From the NCBI GenBank assembly GCA_964570105.1, contig CAZMWM010000002.1:1-58013 (forward strand): a DNA stretch of 58,013 bases, given 5' to 3'. The DNA is from an uncultured Lachnospiraceae bacterium. Its GTDB lineage: Bacteria; Bacillota; Clostridia; Oscillospirales; CAG-272. Both the position numbers and the translations under genes were made by a program. Shown one piece after another: positions 56,482-58,013 of the stretch. The notes beneath the pieces are model-generated. The model did no database searches and was not told the origin of the DNA. It worked only from the letters and a program-made list of their open reading frames with translations. Each line of letters opens with the position of its first letter. Position 1 is the first letter of the stretch.

Positions 56482-56527
56482 TCGCCCCGTATGCTCGGAT
56501 ACGTAGATATCAGAGTGTACGGGGCGA
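56482..56527 (+). terminator. Possible terminator hairpin after the ABC gene
   Basis: 10-bp stem TCGCCCCGTA / TACGGGGCGA, but with a 26-nt loop and only TTT after it. Confidence 0.35.
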
Positions 56528-56568
56528 TTTGCGATCTCAAAATATTTTTAATTTTTTAATACAAACTA

Positions 56569-56597
56569 TTGACATTTTTCGCCTTTGGTGTTATAAT
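56569..56597 (+). promoter_or_regulatory. Consensus sigma-A promoter of the second LRR lipoprotein gene
   Basis: TTGACA (56569-56574), 17 nt, TATAAT (56592-56597) with an extended -10 TGT. The spacer is nearly identical to that of the promoter at 2334-2362. Confidence 0.65.
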
Positions 56598-56632
56598 GTG
56601 GTTAAAACATAACTACAAAAGGAGTAAAACAA

Positions 56633-58013
56633 ATGAAAAAGTTGATAGCAGTACTTTTAGCTTGTTTTTTGCTGATACCATCGCTTTTTATGAGCGGATG
56701 CATTGAATTGTTTCCCAATCTCGGCAATAGCGGCGATGATGGCAATAACGCAGATGACACTAATAATAGTGACGATAACACCGGAGATAAGAGTAATGAT
56801 GGGGACAACGGCGGAAACGATGGCTTAGGTAACACCGGCGATATCGTTGACAATGGAGACAATGAAGATAAAGGGGATCAAGACTCTTCGTTTGTGAGCG
56901 ATTTTGAATTTGAGCTTAACTACGATGGAAATTCCTATAGCTTGGAGGAATATACCGGCGATGCTTCAGATGTGGTCGTTCCATCGACATATTTGGGCAA
57001 ACCGGTAACGATAATAGAAAGTTATGCGTTCCGCGATTGCAGTAGTCTTACGAGTATAACTATACCTGATAGTGTAACGAGCATAGGAGAGCGTGCGTTC
57101 TGGTATTGCAGTAGTCTTACGAGCGTACACATAAGCGATATAGCGGCATGGTGCGCGATAAGTTTTTCTGATAGCGATTCTAATCCGTTATACTATGCAA
57201 AAAATCTTTATCTTAACGGAAGCTTAGTAACCGAGCTTGTAATTCCGAAAGGTGTAACGAGCATAGGAAGTTATGCATTCTCCGGCTACGGTAGTCTTAC
57301 AAGTATAACTATACCCGATAGTGTAACGAGCATAAGGTATGGTGCGTTCGAAGAGTGCACGGGACTTACGGAAATAAAGTTCAATGCAGTAGCAATGAAC
57401 GATCTTTCGTCATATAACTATGTATTCGATTATGCAGGAAAGAACGGAGACGGAATAAAGGTAACGATAGGGAAAGACGTTACTAAGATACCGGCGTATC
57501 TGTTCTATCCGTATTCTTCTTCATATTCACCGAAAATAACGAGTGTGGAATTTGAAGAAGGTAGTGTTTGTAAGAGTATAGGAAGTTCTGCGTTCGAATA
57601 TTGCAGTAGCCTTACGAGAGTGATTATACCTGATAGTGTAACGAGCATAGGAAAAAGTGCGTTCTACGGTTGCAGTGGTCTTACGAGTATAACTATACCG
57701 AATAGTGTAACGAGCATAGGAGGGTATGCGTTCTCCTTTTGCAGAAGCCTTACGAGTATAACTATACCGAATAGTGTAACGAGTATAGGTAATTCTGCGT
57801 TCGATGGTTGCAGTAGTCTTACGAGCATAACTATACCAGATAGTGTAACGAGCATAGGATATGGTGCGTTCTATGATTGCAGTAGCCTTACAAGTATAAC
57901 TATACCCGATAGTGTGACGAGCATAGGAAATTATGCGTTCTGTGGCTGCAGTGGTCTTGAAAGCATAACAGTAGCAGAAGGAAACAGTAAATATCATTCA
58001 TCGGGAAATTGTC
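56633..58013 (+). CDS. BspA-type leucine-rich-repeat surface lipoprotein, 5' partial (runs off the window)
   Basis: Own translation, since the ORF is absent from the track for lack of a stop: [23 protein letters not shown] (lipobox), a D/N/G-rich linker, then LRR units ([18 protein letters not shown]). It contains the same [36 protein letters not shown] and [19 protein letters not shown] modules as the 127..2298 gene. AAAGGAG RBS lies 8 nt before the ATG. Confidence 0.85.
   Translation, partial: MKKLIAVLLACFLLIPSLFMSGCIELFPNLGNSGDDGNNADDTNNSDDNTGDKSNDGDNGGNDGLGNTGDIVDNGDNEDKGDQDSSFVSDFEFELNYDGNSYSLEEYTGDASDVVVPSTYLGKPVTIIESYAFRDCSSLTSITIPDSVTSIGERAFWYCSSLTSVHISDIAAWCAISFSDSDSNPLYYAKNLYLNGSLVTELVIPKGVTSIGSYAFSGYGSLTSITIPDSVTSIRYGAFEECTGLTEIKFNAVAMNDLSSYNYVFDYAGKNGDGIKVTIGKDVTKIPAYLFYPYSSSYSPKITSVEFEEGSVCKSIGSSAFEYCSSLTRVIIPDSVTSIGKSAFYGCSGLTSITIPNSVTSIGGYAFSFCRSLTSITIPNSVTSIGNSAFDGCSSLTSITIPDSVTSIGYGAFYDCSSLTSITIPDSVTSIGNYAFCGCSGLESITVAEGNSKYHSSGNC

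Noticed and set aside
56602-57997. Minus-strand ORFs 56602..56862 and 57527..57997, and the plus-strand ORFs 49..243, 446..703, 1112..1408 and 26714..27025.
   Set aside because: All are antisense to the LRR lipoprotein genes or the LRR remnant. Their repetitive translations (..[13 protein letters not shown]..) are simply the reverse complement of the VTSIG..AF LRR units.
1-58013. Mobile elements, prophage, defence systems, toxin-antitoxin pairs, and tRNA, rRNA or other known RNA genes.
   Set aside because: I looked through all intergenic gaps and unassigned ORFs. No transposase, integrase, recombinase or Cas-like proteins were found. There are no terminal inverted or direct repeats bounding a segment other than the LRR paralogs, and no tRNA-like T-arm (GGTTCGAAT) motifs. 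Nothing is supportable from sequence alone.

Overview
This 58 kb window looks like chromosomal DNA from a Gram-positive, probably spore-forming Clostridia-type organism. That call is an inference from sigG, PolC and Firmicute gene order. Most of it is housekeeping, nearly all on the minus strand: sigG, an alanine/sodium symporter, plsY, a PflX-like radical SAM gene, an ECF sigma/anti-sigma pair, a complete his operon (hisZGDCBHAF-IE), then polC-ispG-rseP-dxr-cdsA-uppS-frr-pyrH-tsf-rpsB, and an arginine block (argG-argJ, histidine phosphatase, carA-carB). A plus-strand accessory stretch (29.2-42.2 kb) carries a PurF-like gene, two tandem GH43 genes, a MATE exporter, a heparinase II/III-like gene, an M29 aminopeptidase, an IMPase, an MFS transporter, an AraC regulator and a Gfo/Idh/MocA oxidoreductase. 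The right end holds an AraC regulator with a long basic tail, a 1148-aa fused ABC ATPase/FtsX protein and a partial BspA-type LRR lipoprotein. That LRR gene is an inverted paralog of the LRR lipoprotein gene at the left end. I found no rRNA, tRNA, CRISPR array, transposase or integrase. The most notable observations are: (1) carB continues in frame into a full diaminopimelate epimerase, giving a 1345-aa CarB-DapF fusion; (2) a tightly delimited PurF-like (no Cys1)/GH43/GH43/MATE transcription unit; (3) a MacB-type ABC protein with a roughly 700-aa extracytoplasmic domain; (4) inverted LRR paralogs with homologous promoters plus a startless LRR remnant between tsf and pyrH; (5) an ECF sigma gene with no canonical in-frame start, where an SD-adjacent ATG sits one frame off across an A4 run; (6) paired ARG-box-like palindromes upstream of argG. 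All coordinates and motifs were read by eye and no database searches were possible.
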